Origin: a virus
Lineage: Duplodnaviria; Caudoviricetes
Strand: one strand, 5' to 3'
DNA: 64,000 nucleotides
Virus record (IMG/VR): IMGVR_UViG_3300036958_000855
Coordinates: 1-64,000 of that record
Shown here: positions 25,361 through 35,820 of the stretch, piece after piece
Layout of the letters: every line of letters begins with the position of its first letter
How positions within the stretch are numbered: the first letter of the stretch is position 1
Position numbers and translations under genes: made by a program
Notes under the pieces: generated by a model
What the model saw: the letters and a program-made list of their open reading frames with translations, nothing else
Told to the model about the DNA's origin: nothing
The model's database searches: none

Positions 25361-25951
25361 TTACTGAATCGGTTGCCCGTTGGGCATGACCGTCCTCCCG
25401 TTGATGTTGACCTGAAGCCCTTTGAGCGAGATGACCCCATCGCACTCCAGCGAGAGAATGCTCGTCGCCTTGAGGCGCACGCCATAGCGCACGCCGTCGA
25501 ACAGAAGCTCGTCGTCAGTCTTCTTGTCGCGGATGACGAGCCGTTCCTTCCCGGCGCGCTCGTCCACGATGACGAGGAATCTGGCACCCTCCCAGCACCG
25601 CACGAGGTGCGCATCCGCAGCAGGCACCTCTTCTGCTTCCTCCTCCCCTCCGTGGTAGCCACCAACCGGTCCAGGGGTCTCAGACCCGGCTGCTGGCGCT
25701 CCCCACCACCCACCAACGTAGAACGGGCGCTCCACGTCCCCGGCTTGAAAGAGCACGCCAACGTCAGCCCCAACTGGCGGAGGGCAATAGGCACCAACAT
25801 GCGAGGCGCCACCACCCGCGGCAAGCGGAAACGCCCATGCACTCGCGGGCTCGCACACTCCGGGGATGCGCACCCGAATCCGCCCAAGCCTCTCCGGGTC
25901 GTCGTTGTGCGTGACGGTGCCCGTGTAGAGCGCGCAATACTTCCTCCCCAT
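25361..25951 (-). CDS. gp5/gpV/VgrG-like spike (OB fold plus short beta-helix)
   Basis: NDDPERLGRIRVRIP...AWA...PPPVGADVGVLFQAGDVERPFYVG. Confidence 0.9.
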   Translation of the reverse strand: MGRKYCALYTGTVTHNDDPERLGRIRVRIPGVCEPASAWAFPLAAGGGASHVGAYCPPPVGADVGVLFQAGDVERPFYVGGWWGAPAAGSETPGPVGGYHGGEEEAEEVPAADAHLVRCWEGARFLVIVDERAGKERLVIRDKKTDDELLFDGVRYGVRLKATSILSLECDGVISLKGLQVNINGRTVMPNGQPIQ

Positions 25952-26070
25952 GCCGTCATGCTCTGTACTCAAAACGCCCCGTTTCTCCGTGCGAACGCGC
26001 GACGGACATGCTATGACAGTGCACCAAACGCAGGTGAACCACATCGTCCACGGAAGACGCTGGAAGCACG

Positions 26071-26238
26071 TTACTTAGCATCTTGCTTCTCCGGTGGTGG
26101 TGACGGGTCCGTTTTGGCCGTCTCGATGGAGTAGTTCGTCGGGCATTCGTGCGAGTAGCACACCCCATTCACCTCGATGGCACCGCATGTTGGGCACGCC
26201 TTCACCACGTTCGTCTCTGGCATCTGGCCTCCGCACAT
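26071..26238 (-). CDS. 55-aa Cys-rich microprotein absent from the ORF track (MCGGQMPETNVVKACPTCGAIEVNGVCYSHECPT...)
   Basis: ATG overlaps the gpD stop (TGATG); CxxC...CxxxxC; TAA at 26073-26071. Confidence 0.55.
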   Translation of the reverse strand: MCGGQMPETNVVKACPTCGAIEVNGVCYSHECPTNYSIETAKTDPSPPPEKQDAK

Positions 26239-27788
26239 CATGTTGCCCCTCTCCCACGACCGTCGCTGTAGGTCGTGCGTTCTTCGCCGGTTCGCGGGTC
26301 CACTGTGACGGTGGGTTGCAGCGCTGGGGGAGCCGCTCCGGGCGCTGGGTTTGGCGTTGCGCTCTCTGGCGCCGTGCGCGGGTTCGGCGTCGCGGCGCTC
26401 GCGGGCTGCGTGCGTGCCGCGCCAGTCGTGCCCGGCTTGTTCGTGCCGTCGCTCTTGGTTTTGAGCTTGAGCTTGTAGCCTCCGCCGTCAATGGTGTGGA
26501 CTGCCTCCGTCACGAAGTACTTGCCGCTCAAACGCCCTCCGAGCCCGCGCACCTCCACGATGCTCTTCGCCGCGATGTCTGGGTCGCCAACCATGTCGAT
26601 GTTGAGCTGCACGGTCGCCTGTTGGCTGCGCCGGTACACCCCATCTGCTTCCCGTCGAGCCCCTGCCGCGGTCGGTTCGGACGTCGGCCTCGTTTCTGTC
26701 CCCGCGGCTGCTGCCGGTGGGGTTGGCGCCCCAACAGCACCAGATGGCGCTGTCCCGGTGGTTGCCTCGCCGGTCACCGGATTGACGGTGACGGTTGGGA
26801 CCGCGTTGGCGGTGGCGGTCGTGGTCCGCGGCGTAGTCGAGTCACTCGCGGTGTACGTGATGTCTTGCTTCGCCACGGGGTCGCGCCCGCGCACGGTCAC
26901 GGCGCTCGGCGTAGCCGACACGTCGTTCTCGACATCGAACGCCATGATGTCCCCGACGTCTGGCGGGAGATAATACTGGAGCACGCGCATCGGCTGCTGG
27001 TCGAGCTTGCGCGCGTGCCAATGCAGCCCGTCCACGTCCACGTAGAACTCGAAGCCTTCCTGGTCCGCAAGCTTCTTCATGAACTGCGCGTCAGATTGGC
27101 TTGCCTGCGTGATGACGGGATACACGATGTCGGTGTCGTCTACGTGTTGCCGTGCCGTCTCGTACCCGTTTTCCTGGGCAAGTTGGCGCACCACGGCGCT
27201 GCGCGTCATGTTCTCGAATGCGCGGGAGCGCCCCTTCTTGTTGAGGAGCACTCCCTTGTCCTGCGCCTCGATGGAGAGCTTCAGGGCTCCCTTGACCTTC
27301 TGCACCACGACCTCGTGGGGTTGGCACATCCGCTCGGCATATCCCCAGCTCACGATGAGCACGGTGCCCTTCTCGAACACGCGGTCGTCGAATAGCGCGA
27401 GGTCGCGGTTATCGAAGGTCATCTTGCACAAGTCGGTCTTCTTCTCGCTGTCTTCGTAGGAGAACGTCAGAAGTCGTGTCGTCAGGTCGAGCGGTTCTGG
27501 TTCCGGCGCCGCTTCTGCCGTTGCTGGCGCAGGCGCACTTGCCGCGGCAGCTCGTGCGGCTTCCAAACGCTCCGCTGCTGCGTGCACTTCTGCCTCCGCT
27601 GCGTGCACTTCTGCGATGACGTTGGGGTCGTGCGTAGCGGCAGCGGCTTCGGCGAGGTCGTTCATGCGCGCACGCGCCGCATTGAAGTCGTGCTCTGCGC
27701 GCGCCACGCCAACGTTCCCACTCGGCGCCGGGCTCTTGCCGACGTACTGAATGAGCACTCGCGGCTCGGAACGCGCGATAGCTGGCAT
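26238..27788 (-). CDS. Phage late control gpD-like baseplate hub
   Basis: SYEDSE..TDLCKMTFDN, SWGY, TQASQSDAQFMKKLADQEGFEFYV, GDPDIAAK...GKYFVTEAVHTI. Confidence 0.88.
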   Translation of the reverse strand: MPAIARSEPRVLIQYVGKSPAPSGNVGVARAEHDFNAARARMNDLAEAAAATHDPNVIAEVHAAEAEVHAAAERLEAARAAAASAPAPATAEAAPEPEPLDLTTRLLTFSYEDSEKKTDLCKMTFDNRDLALFDDRVFEKGTVLIVSWGYAERMCQPHEVVVQKVKGALKLSIEAQDKGVLLNKKGRSRAFENMTRSAVVRQLAQENGYETARQHVDDTDIVYPVITQASQSDAQFMKKLADQEGFEFYVDVDGLHWHARKLDQQPMRVLQYYLPPDVGDIMAFDVENDVSATPSAVTVRGRDPVAKQDITYTASDSTTPRTTTATANAVPTVTVNPVTGEATTGTAPSGAVGAPTPPAAAAGTETRPTSEPTAAGARREADGVYRRSQQATVQLNIDMVGDPDIAAKSIVEVRGLGGRLSGKYFVTEAVHTIDGGGYKLKLKTKSDGTNKPGTTGAARTQPASAATPNPRTAPESATPNPAPGAAPPALQPTVTVDPRTGEERTTYSDGRGRGAT

Positions 27789-28132
27789 CAGACGACCTCC
27801 TCCTGCCTACGCGATTCCGCGAACACCCGTTCGAGCACCGTGCGCACGGATGGGATGATGAGCGTGGAGCCCTCCGCAAGCGCTAAGGTCGGGTCGAACA
27901 CGGGGTCTGGCTGGAAGTCAGCTATGACCCACCAGAGCCCGGCTGCTCGCGGGAGCGGCTGGAAGTAGCGGTAGGCCAGATGCCAGAGCGTGTCGCCTTG
28001 GGCGACCGTGTGGATGAGGTTGTCCGGCAAGGAGCGGTAGCGGAACGGCTCGCGCTCGCTCAGGAATGCCCTGCCGTCCGAGTCGTCTTGCCCGGTGCAG
28101 AAGGTGTGTCTGGAGTAGAGCCGTGGTGCCAT
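27788..28132 (-). CDS. LysM-like tail protein (gpX-like)
   Basis: HTVAQGDTLWHLAYRYF...WWVIADFQ...LIIPS. Confidence 0.85.
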   Translation of the reverse strand: MAPRLYSRHTFCTGQDDSDGRAFLSEREPFRYRSLPDNLIHTVAQGDTLWHLAYRYFQPLPRAAGLWWVIADFQPDPVFDPTLALAEGSTLIIPSVRTVLERVFAESRRQEEVV

Positions 28133-28647
28133 CAGAACGCCAACCCCGTTCGTTCGGAGCCCATGTTGAGCACGTCTTCGCACGTGAGCAGCGTGTCGCG
28201 AATCTCCGTCAGCGTGCACGATGCCGTGAAAACCGTGGGAGCAGCGTCCGTGTTCATCAGCGTGTACCCGAACTTCAACTTGTCGAGCGTGCAGGTCAGC
28301 GAGATGAGCCCAGGCCAGACGAAGAGAAGCCGTGGCGCCCCAGCCGACCGCAGGTTGCTCGCCATGCGCCGCGGGAAGCACGCAGCCATCAGGAACTTTC
28401 GCGCTTCCGAGTTGCGCGCGTGCTGCGCCTTGCCCGCGCTGATGCTGTCGAAGTAGAGGTTCACGTCGAGAACCTGCGACTCGGTGTGCACGAATTGGCG
28501 CACGGGGTGGCTCAAACCGGGCACCACCTCGTCTGCGTACTTGGCGCCGAGGCTTTCCGTCAGTTCAGTCGGGTTGAACTGCGCCTCCAGCACGCCTTGG
28601 GTGTGCAGATTCACGATGGACATGAGGGGAGGTCGTTCGTATTGCAT
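28132..28647 (-). CDS. CIS-tube-like tube initiator protein
   Basis: AQFNPTELT...QF...LDVNLYFD...PRLLFVWPG...F. Confidence 0.8.
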   Translation of the reverse strand: MQYERPPLMSIVNLHTQGVLEAQFNPTELTESLGAKYADEVVPGLSHPVRQFVHTESQVLDVNLYFDSISAGKAQHARNSEARKFLMAACFPRRMASNLRSAGAPRLLFVWPGLISLTCTLDKLKFGYTLMNTDAAPTVFTASCTLTEIRDTLLTCEDVLNMGSERTGLAF

Positions 28648-28650
28648 CGC

Positions 28651-31572
28651 CTACCCCGTGGACGTCGGGCTTGGCCCGAAGCTCCGGTTGGAGGTTGAGG
28701 TCGAGTGGCGGTCTACCACCTCCGCGAGCGTCGCCCCGTCCACCTCAAGCCGAATGTTCGAGGTGACGTTGACCGGCTGCGGGTTCACCACGACCGGCGC
28801 TGGCGCCGCGGGCGCCGCGGGGAACATGCCCATCGCTGGCGACGGCGCTCCCATGCCCGGAATGGTTGGGGCAGCCGGTGGCGCGCCACCGGGCGCTGCT
28901 GGGGCGAGCGCGGGTTGCATCGGCTCTGCTGGCAAAGCCGTCGGGCGCGCGGGTGTAGGCGCCGCTGCGGGCGCGGGTCGCCCACTCGGCTGCGGAGGCA
29001 ACCCCAACGCCCCACCGAGGTCGCGCATCATGTCCACCTTGGCGCCCTCCACGGCTGCCTTGATGCCGAGGTCCTTCCCGAACGCCTTGCCGAGCGAGTC
29101 GATGATGCTGGCGATGGAGCTGACCATGGCGGTCACGGCGCCTACGATGGCCTGCACCACGCCGAACACCACCATGGCGAGCCCTTGCCACATCGTCGGC
29201 CAGTCGCCCGTGAACAAGCCGCGCAGGAACGTCCAAACGCCCATCACGACAGACACGATGCCGCTGAAGATGCTCACGATGCCGCTCACGACGGAGCCAG
29301 CAACGCCGACGAGGATGCTCACAGCGTAAACGATGGCTGCGATGACGTAGGCAAAGATGGCGCCAACGGCGCCAATGACGGCGCCGAGGGTCTGCCACCC
29401 GGAGCGGTTCTTCTCTCCTGCAACGTCCGCGGACCCGAAGGCGCCGAGGAGCTGGCCGAACGAGTCGATGAGAAGCCCGAACGCACCCCCAAGCACGCCA
29501 ATCACCGGACCCATCGCCTTGAAGCCGCTGACGAGCCCGGTCCAGACGTCCACAACTATCTGAACGCCCTGCACGATGAGCCCGAAGACCGTGGCGAGCC
29601 CCTGCCCAACCGTGCGCCCGACTTGCTCGAACTGCTCATACGCCGAGGCGTTGTCCTCCGCACTCGACTTCGAGAACCCGAGCGCGGCGCCTAGCGCCTG
29701 CAAGCTCGTGACGAGGGACTGGAATGCTGGTGCGAGCGCGTCCATCCCCGTGGAGAACCCGGCGCTGATGCCAGACACGAACGCCTTGAGGCGCTCCCAG
29801 TACAACCAGATGGTAGTGATGGCGTTCTTCACCCCGTCCCCGAGTCCCAAGTAGGCGGTCGCCGCGTCGCCCGTCAGCTTGCCGTTGCCTTCCATGAGCC
29901 CCTGGAATGCCGTCAAGGCGCCAGATGCCTGTCCGAACACGGACTGGAACCACGTGCCGAACCCTCCAAGGTTCTTCTGAATAGCCGTGTAGAAGCCGTA
30001 CGCCACCCCGGCTGCCGCAACAAACGCGGCGCCGACGTACTGCATCACGGCGACAACCGCCGCTGCCGCGATGAGGATGACCTCCCATCCAACCGCGGCG
30101 AACGCTGCCGCAAGCGCGGCGACCGCCGCGACCGTCGTGAGGATGGTGCCCGCCACGACGAGCAAGATGGAGCCGATGGCAGTCCCGCCAACGAGGAGCT
30201 TGCGCAGCGGCGCTGGTAGGTTGTTGAACGCCACCACCAGCTTGTTGATGATCTGGAGCATGTACCCAAGAATCGGCGCCAGCACGTCGCCAATCTTCAC
30301 GAGGGCAATCTGAAGGTTCGACTTGAGCACGGTCGCTGCGAACTCCCCCGTCTGCGCCAGCGTCTTGAAGGCGCTGTCCGTGGCGCCCGCGGAGCCGCGC
30401 ACCTGCTTGATGAAGTCGAGGAACTTGGCACCTCCACCAGCAGCCATGACGTTGACGGCATTGAGCGCCTCCGTGCTCGACCCGAACAGAAGTTCCATGC
30501 TGTCCGCGGCAAGCTTCGGGTTGTTGATGATGTCCATCATGAAGCGCTCGAAGCCCTTGCTCCGAAGCGCGGCGCTGTTGAACTCGATGCCGAGGCGCTT
30601 TGCTTCGGCGGCAGCCTTGCTCGTTGGCTTGATAATCTGGTCGAAGACCGCCTTCATCCCTGTGATGGCTTCATCGGTCTTGATACCACTTGCCGTGAGC
30701 GCAGCGATGGTTGCTGTGAGGTCCGCGATGCTCACCTTGAGGACCGCTGCCGTAGGGGCAACGCGCCCGATGCCTTCCGAGAGCTTGCCAACTCCCATGT
30801 CGCTGCCGCCGAGGCGCACGGCAGCGAAGAACATGTCGCTCACCTCCGTTGCCCTCGTGAGCGACATGCCGTAGGCGTTGAGCGTTCCCATGAGCCCGTT
30901 CATCGCCACGTCCACCGACACTAACCCGCCGATGGCGAGCTTGTTCGACGCCTCCAGCACAGCGACCGCATCCGCGGCTTTCTCGGCGCCGCTACCGATG
31001 GCGGTGTAGAGCGCCGCAGCTTGCGTTTCGAGGTCGCCACCGAACTGCTGCGACATGCTCATCACGATGTCGCGCAAGCGAGTCACGGGGAACTCCGTCT
31101 GGTTCGCGATGGTGGATATCTTCGCGATGGCCGTCTCGAACTTGTTCGACGCATCCGTGGCGCGCCCAAGAAAGCTCAGCCCAGCCATGCCAACGTCGTG
31201 CATCTTCTGGCCTGCTTGCCCAATGCGGTCCCATGCTTGGTCTAGGCTCTGGGTGAGCTGCGCCTCTTTGCCGCTCAAGCGAGTCACGGGGAACTCCGTC
31301 TGGTTCGCGATGGTGGATATCTTCGCGATGGCCGTCTCGAACTTGTTCGACGCATCCGTGGCGCGCTCAAGAAAGCTCAGCCCAGCCATGCCAACGTCGT
31401 GCATCTTCTGGCCTGCTTGCCCAATGCGGTCCCATGCTTGGTCTAGGCTCTGGGTGAGCTGCGCCCCTTTGCCGCTCAAGCCCTGCATGGCGTTCCCGAC
31501 CTGGGAGAAGACCGCGCTTGCGGCATCCTTGGCGGTGATGAGGAAGCCCAAACCCAAGTTATTCAAAGCCAT
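28651..31572 (-). CDS. Tape measure protein (TP901-like core)
   Basis: 973 aa Ala/Gly-rich helical protein with central TM-like segments, after the tail chaperones. Confidence 0.92.
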   Translation of the reverse strand: MALNNLGLGFLITAKDAASAVFSQVGNAMQGLSGKGAQLTQSLDQAWDRIGQAGQKMHDVGMAGLSFLERATDASNKFETAIAKISTIANQTEFPVTRLSGKEAQLTQSLDQAWDRIGQAGQKMHDVGMAGLSFLGRATDASNKFETAIAKISTIANQTEFPVTRLRDIVMSMSQQFGGDLETQAAALYTAIGSGAEKAADAVAVLEASNKLAIGGLVSVDVAMNGLMGTLNAYGMSLTRATEVSDMFFAAVRLGGSDMGVGKLSEGIGRVAPTAAVLKVSIADLTATIAALTASGIKTDEAITGMKAVFDQIIKPTSKAAAEAKRLGIEFNSAALRSKGFERFMMDIINNPKLAADSMELLFGSSTEALNAVNVMAAGGGAKFLDFIKQVRGSAGATDSAFKTLAQTGEFAATVLKSNLQIALVKIGDVLAPILGYMLQIINKLVVAFNNLPAPLRKLLVGGTAIGSILLVVAGTILTTVAAVAALAAAFAAVGWEVILIAAAAVVAVMQYVGAAFVAAAGVAYGFYTAIQKNLGGFGTWFQSVFGQASGALTAFQGLMEGNGKLTGDAATAYLGLGDGVKNAITTIWLYWERLKAFVSGISAGFSTGMDALAPAFQSLVTSLQALGAALGFSKSSAEDNASAYEQFEQVGRTVGQGLATVFGLIVQGVQIVVDVWTGLVSGFKAMGPVIGVLGGAFGLLIDSFGQLLGAFGSADVAGEKNRSGWQTLGAVIGAVGAIFAYVIAAIVYAVSILVGVAGSVVSGIVSIFSGIVSVVMGVWTFLRGLFTGDWPTMWQGLAMVVFGVVQAIVGAVTAMVSSIASIIDSLGKAFGKDLGIKAAVEGAKVDMMRDLGGALGLPPQPSGRPAPAAAPTPARPTALPAEPMQPALAPAAPGGAPPAAPTIPGMGAPSPAMGMFPAAPAAPAPVVVNPQPVNVTSNIRLEVDGATLAEVVDRHSTSTSNRSFGPSPTSTG
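31075..31476. repeat. 201-bp in-frame tandem duplication in the tape measure gene (67 aa)
   Basis: 31075-31275 versus 31276-31476; I find two substitutions; CAAGC microhomology at the junctions. Confidence 0.95.
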
Positions 31573-31740
31573 GGCGCTTGCTCCAATGTTGTTTCCGTGC
31601 CACGGCTTTGCTTATGAGCGAACAACCGGCGTGACGAGCGTGATGGCCGGGCTCATCGCGAGAGGGCAAGCATGGGTGCACGTTGGTGGTCCGCGCACGC
31701 TGTCGCGTCCGAAAGGCAGACGTGCACGAGTATGATGGGT

Positions 31741-32040
31741 TCAGCGCCATCGCGACCTCCTACCAGAGCGCGTGTTGGCGCGCCGGATGGCAGCGGCCTC
31801 CTGCTTCCGGTACTCCTCGACTTGCTCGTACCACCATTCCATACGGCTCCAGTCTAGCTCAAAAGCCTCGGTCAGCGTAAGGTTCGAGCCGCTTCCGCCG
31901 TGAGAACGGTACGTAGCCGCGAAGAGCTTGTTCCACAAGTCGTCCCCGTTCACGGGGAACAATAGCGCGGCTTGCTCGGCGTTCAGGTCGCCGATGTCAG
32001 CGGCTTCTTCCGAGGCGCCCAGAATGGGCGGTCGAAAGGG
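31741..32040 (-). CDS. Tail chaperone C-terminal extension (gpGT/DUF6760-like) reached by -1 frameshift
   Basis: The -1 frame opens just after a TGA, one codon before the slippery heptamer C-CCT-TTC (32040-32034), and stays open to 31741. Confidence 0.7.
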   Translation of the reverse strand, partial: PFRPPILGASEEAADIGDLNAEQAALLFPVNGDDLWNKLFAATYRSHGGSGSNLTLTEAFELDWSRMEWWYEQVEEYRKQEAAAIRRANTRSGRRSRWR

Positions 32041-32750
32041 AGGTCAACGTCCAGGATGGCGCCGCAGTGCGGGCACTCAACCTCGATGGTCGTGTTCACG
32101 CCACCGTCGCTCTCGTCCATCGTCGCGATGAACTCGGTCGCGTCGCCCATGTCGAGGTCGTCGAGCCACCGCAGCTTGTCGTTCGCATGCACGCCGTCGA
32201 TGTCGATGATGCGCGCTGCGAGCGAGATGGTGGCGATGCGCGACGCCCCAGCTTGCCTGCTCTGCGCCATCCGCTTGGACGCTTGGCGCTCATCATCGCC
32301 GTTGAGCAATCGGTACGTCACGCGGCGCCCGGCAAGCTCGCTCTCGAACACGTTGCCTTCCGCGACGATGCGCTTGCTGTCTTCTGGCAACGACTTGACT
32401 GGCAAGTCGTCGAGCAGGTTCACGCTCCACTCGAAGCGCTGTCGGCACATCTGCTGCGTGCACTGCAAGCCGAAGTCGTACTGCGCGCCGTAGGTGGCGA
32501 TGCGGATGTGCATGAGCGCCACGAAGCGGTCGCACACCAGCACCTTCCCCCAGTTCCCCTTGCCTTGCTCGAACGACGGGTAGATGCCGTGGTCCGCGGT
32601 GCTCATCCAACACGCGGCGAGCACTTGGTCGAGCGCTCCGCCAGAGCGGAGGAACGATGGGCTTGTGAAGAGGTTGGCCTCCTTGGTCTTGAGGCCGCGA
32701 ACTTCTCCGGCGAGGCCGGATGGACAGACGACAGAGCGAATCTCGGACAT
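31983..32750 (-). CDS. Tail assembly chaperone (T4 gp26/baseplate-hub chaperone-like, Zn ribbon)
   Basis: Located between tube and tape measure; LQCTQQMC, VTYRLLNGDDE, VECPHCG. Confidence 0.75.
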   Translation of the reverse strand: MSEIRSVVCPSGLAGEVRGLKTKEANLFTSPSFLRSGGALDQVLAACWMSTADHGIYPSFEQGKGNWGKVLVCDRFVALMHIRIATYGAQYDFGLQCTQQMCRQRFEWSVNLLDDLPVKSLPEDSKRIVAEGNVFESELAGRRVTYRLLNGDDERQASKRMAQSRQAGASRIATISLAARIIDIDGVHANDKLRWLDDLDMGDATEFIATMDESDGGVNTTIEVECPHCGAILDVDLPFDRPFWAPRKKPLTSAT

Positions 32751-32806
32751 GGGCGTGACTCCCTTCGCGTTCCTGCGCAGGCGCGGTGCGGCGCGCCCGC
32801 CACTTG

Positions 32807-33268
32807 CTACGACACGATGTCGAAGTAGTCGTACTGGAGCGTGATGGACTCGATGACCGTCTCGTCGGCCTCGTTGTCCCAATCCCCAGCGACGAACTTC
32901 GACGGCCAAGCGCCCGTGAGGCGCCATCGGCGAAGCGTGGTCCCATCACGCTCCTGTTGCACGATGTCGAGGTTCTTGCGGAACGAGGGGTCCGCCTTGC
33001 CTGCGTTGGCAGCGGCGTTCGCCACGTCCTTGTACCAGCGGAACATGTCGAGGTCGCTCGTGGCGCCGCGCTCCAACGTCAGTTCGGAGAACGTGATGCG
33101 TCCGGGCGACTTGTTGGCGATGAGCGTGCCACCCTCGCTGTACTCGACAACCGCGACCTCGCTCGACAACTCGCTGCACTTCTGGAAGTGCGATGACGCG
33201 AAGCCATCGACCTCGACGACGAACTTGTACTTGTGGTGGAACTTCCTGGGCGTGCCTACGACTGGCAT
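32807..33268 (-). CDS. Tail tube protein (T4 gp19 / eCIS Afp1-5 family)
   Basis: YKFVVEVDG...FQKCSELS...YSEGG...[14 protein letters not shown]...[11 protein letters not shown]...IESITLQYD. Confidence 0.93.
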   Translation of the reverse strand: MPVVGTPRKFHHKYKFVVEVDGFASSHFQKCSELSSEVAVVEYSEGGTLIANKSPGRITFSELTLERGATSDLDMFRWYKDVANAAANAGKADPSFRKNLDIVQQERDGTTLRRWRLTGAWPSKFVAGDWDNEADETVIESITLQYDYFDIVS

Positions 33269-33279
33269 GGCGTGCCTCC

Positions 33280-35505
33280 TTACGCAGCAGTATCAAACGC
33301 GCGCGTGTCCTGCGAGAAGCGCAAGACGATGAACTCGGCAGGCTTCTGCGTAGCCAGCCCGATGCGCCCGACGAGCTTGTTGGCGAACACGACGGCGGGA
33401 GTGTTGAGCCCCTCGCCGAAGTCCACGAGGAACGCCTTCGCGGGGTCTTGCGACCGGAAGGCACGATGCTTCATCTGCACTGTGAGGAAGCCCTCCACAG
33501 TGCGCGCCACGGACGCACGCAGCAGCTCGTCGTTGTTCGAGTGGCGCGCGTACTGGAGGCCGTCCTTGATGGACTGCTCGATGAAGATGACGCCCCTGCG
33601 CTCACTCACGCTGGGGAAGTTCCCGTTGGCCTTGAGCGTGCGAGAGCCGTCGATGTAGCACGGCGACCCCTTGATGCGCGTGATGGGGTTGATGCGCTTC
33701 GGGTACACGAGGTCGCGCTTCGCCTCGTCGAGCACCTCGTCCGTCTCGAACCCAAGGCACCCGAACACAACGCCGCGCTCCGTGCCCGCGGGCGCATCAT
33801 AGACGCCACCACCGCGCGCCGCATCGGTGCGTGCGCAAACGCCAGCGACGTAGCCGCTAGGCGCAACGGTGATGGTAGTGCCAGACCCGAACACCGCGGT
33901 GCTCGGGTTCGCCACCTTGATGCGAGGCCAGTAGATGGCGCCGAACTCGCTCAGTCCGAGCAGCGCTGCCGTCGTTTCCACGTATGTCACGATGTCGGTC
34001 GCGCTCATCGCGGCAGGCGGGTCGAGGATTGGGAACACCGAACGGTTTCGCGTCACCTCGCAATACGCAACCATCGCGTTGTGCACCGCGCTCGTGGCGC
34101 GACCGGGGATGATGAGGAGCGCGAGGTCGAGCGCAAGGTCGAGCGTGCGCATCCCAACGCGCCCGTTGACGCCGACGCCTCCAGTGAAGTCCGCATCGAC
34201 GAGCCCGACGAGGCCATCGTCACCTCCGGTCAGAGGCCCAAACGTGCCGACGGCTGGGCCATACCCGGAGAGCAGGTCCGTGAGCGTGATGTAGTTGGAG
34301 CCCGTGCTCTCATCGTTCACGACCGTCTCGTAGTAGTCGTCGGATGCAGAGTCGGTCGAGAGGTTGGGCCACGTCTCCAGAATGACGCCAGCGCGCACGA
34401 TGAGCAGGTTGAAGCACGCTGCTTCCCCGTTCGTCGCCGCAGCAATCTGGATGGAGAGGGCGTTGGCGTAGGTGCCGTCGTACTTGGCATCCACGTCGAT
34501 GACGTTGACCACGCCTCCAGCGGAGCCGCTGTGCGTGGCGTTGTCGAAGCCGAACTCGTCGTCGGCGGTGCTGCTCGCCTGCACCTGCACGCTGGAGCTT
34601 GCTCCGGTCGTGCTGCTCGTGATGCGCAAGTAGCCACCAACCACGCTCACAGCGCACCCAGCGACAGCGGCCTCGATGACCGTTTCCGCTTCCGCAGCGC
34701 TCACCTGCGTGATGTCTGCGACGTTGCCTGTGCCCTGCACTTCTGCGGTGTTGAAGGCGAGCGCCGTGTTCGCCGTGCCTCCAGTCACCTCGATGTACGA
34801 GCCGGTGCCCTTCGTGTCACTCGTGATGGTCACCTTGGTTCCGCCACTCGTCACCGTGGCGCGGGCGCCAGCGACATTGGCGTTGATGACCGCGGCGACT
34901 TCCTCTGCGGTCGCGTTGGCGATGTCCACGAACTCGCTCGTCAGAAACGCAATGGTCTGCACTGCGCCGCGGTCCACCTTGAGGATGAGGGTCTGGCCGT
35001 TGCTCAGCGCGTAGGTTTCAGCAGGCGTGTTCTCGCGCGCCGCAGCCGTGGCGTTGAACGTGGCGGTTGCCGGGAGCCCGCCGTCGATGGCGACCACAAG
35101 AGTGTCGCCGTGAGCAAGCGCCCAGGGCGCCGCAACCGACGCAGCAGCGTAGCCAGCAGACGCGGCGACCGCGTCGCTCTGCAACGTGAGGCTAGCTGCC
35201 GCGCTCGTTTTGGTCGTTGGGTCGCTGGCGTCGGTGCAATGCACGACGCGCGCGACATACGCCTTCTGGCCTTGCTGGTTGGTCCACCAGCCATCGAGCG
35301 CTTGCGCGACTTCTCCCGACGTCACGTAGCCACCGAAGATGGCTTTGAACTGCTCGGGCGAGGTCACCTCGACATACTCGCCAATCGGTCCCTTCTCGGT
35401 CACACCGACCACCCCAAGCACGGAGGTGGGCGCGGACGGAATCTGCCGAATCTGCGGCTCTTCCTCTTCGATGACGATCTTCGACGACAGGAGCAACGAC
35501 GACAT
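33280..35505 (-). CDS. Contractile tail sheath protein with inserted domains
   Basis: [11 protein letters not shown]-terminus; [42 protein letters not shown]. Confidence 0.95.
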   Translation of the reverse strand: MSSLLLSSKIVIEEEEPQIRQIPSAPTSVLGVVGVTEKGPIGEYVEVTSPEQFKAIFGGYVTSGEVAQALDGWWTNQQGQKAYVARVVHCTDASDPTTKTSAAASLTLQSDAVAASAGYAAASVAAPWALAHGDTLVVAIDGGLPATATFNATAAARENTPAETYALSNGQTLILKVDRGAVQTIAFLTSEFVDIANATAEEVAAVINANVAGARATVTSGGTKVTITSDTKGTGSYIEVTGGTANTALAFNTAEVQGTGNVADITQVSAAEAETVIEAAVAGCAVSVVGGYLRITSSTTGASSSVQVQASSTADDEFGFDNATHSGSAGGVVNVIDVDAKYDGTYANALSIQIAAATNGEAACFNLLIVRAGVILETWPNLSTDSASDDYYETVVNDESTGSNYITLTDLLSGYGPAVGTFGPLTGGDDGLVGLVDADFTGGVGVNGRVGMRTLDLALDLALLIIPGRATSAVHNAMVAYCEVTRNRSVFPILDPPAAMSATDIVTYVETTAALLGLSEFGAIYWPRIKVANPSTAVFGSGTTITVAPSGYVAGVCARTDAARGGGVYDAPAGTERGVVFGCLGFETDEVLDEAKRDLVYPKRINPITRIKGSPCYIDGSRTLKANGNFPSVSERRGVIFIEQSIKDGLQYARHSNNDELLRASVARTVEGFLTVQMKHRAFRSQDPAKAFLVDFGEGLNTPAVVFANKLVGRIGLATQKPAEFIVLRFSQDTRAFDTAA

Positions 35506-35519
35506 GGCTCACCTCGTAG

Positions 35520-35795
35520 TCAGTCTTGTACCACGAACAAGATGCCTCGCGCGACTGCCCGTCGTAACACGGGGCTCTTCCCGATGACATCTGGCAGGTT
35601 GCGCTTCGTTTCGCCCGGCAGCCACGTGAGCGCCCCAGGCAGTTCCCGCTCGACAAGGCGACGGTGTTCGTTCCCGTCCTTGTCGTAATCCAGCAGCACA
35701 GCGCTGAAGTGGGAGCCCGCGCACTCCGGGTGACCGCCGTAGTTTGCGCCGCGCTCCAGGTTCAGCACGAAGTGTTCCTTTGCTCTCACGTTCAT
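35520..35795 (-). CDS. Small hypothetical neck/tail protein
   Basis: SD-ATG at 35795, directly before the sheath. Confidence 0.55.
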   Translation of the reverse strand: MNVRAKEHFVLNLERGANYGGHPECAGSHFSAVLLDYDKDGNEHRRLVERELPGALTWLPGETKRNLPDVIGKSPVLRRAVARGILFVVQD

Positions 35796-35820
35796 CTTGG
35801 CCTCCGAGGTGTGCGGTTCC

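Noticed and set aside
27580-27614. 14-bp repeat at 21-bp period in the gpD insertion (EVHAAEA/EVHAAAE)
   Set aside because: Explained by a low-complexity Ala/Glu helical linker
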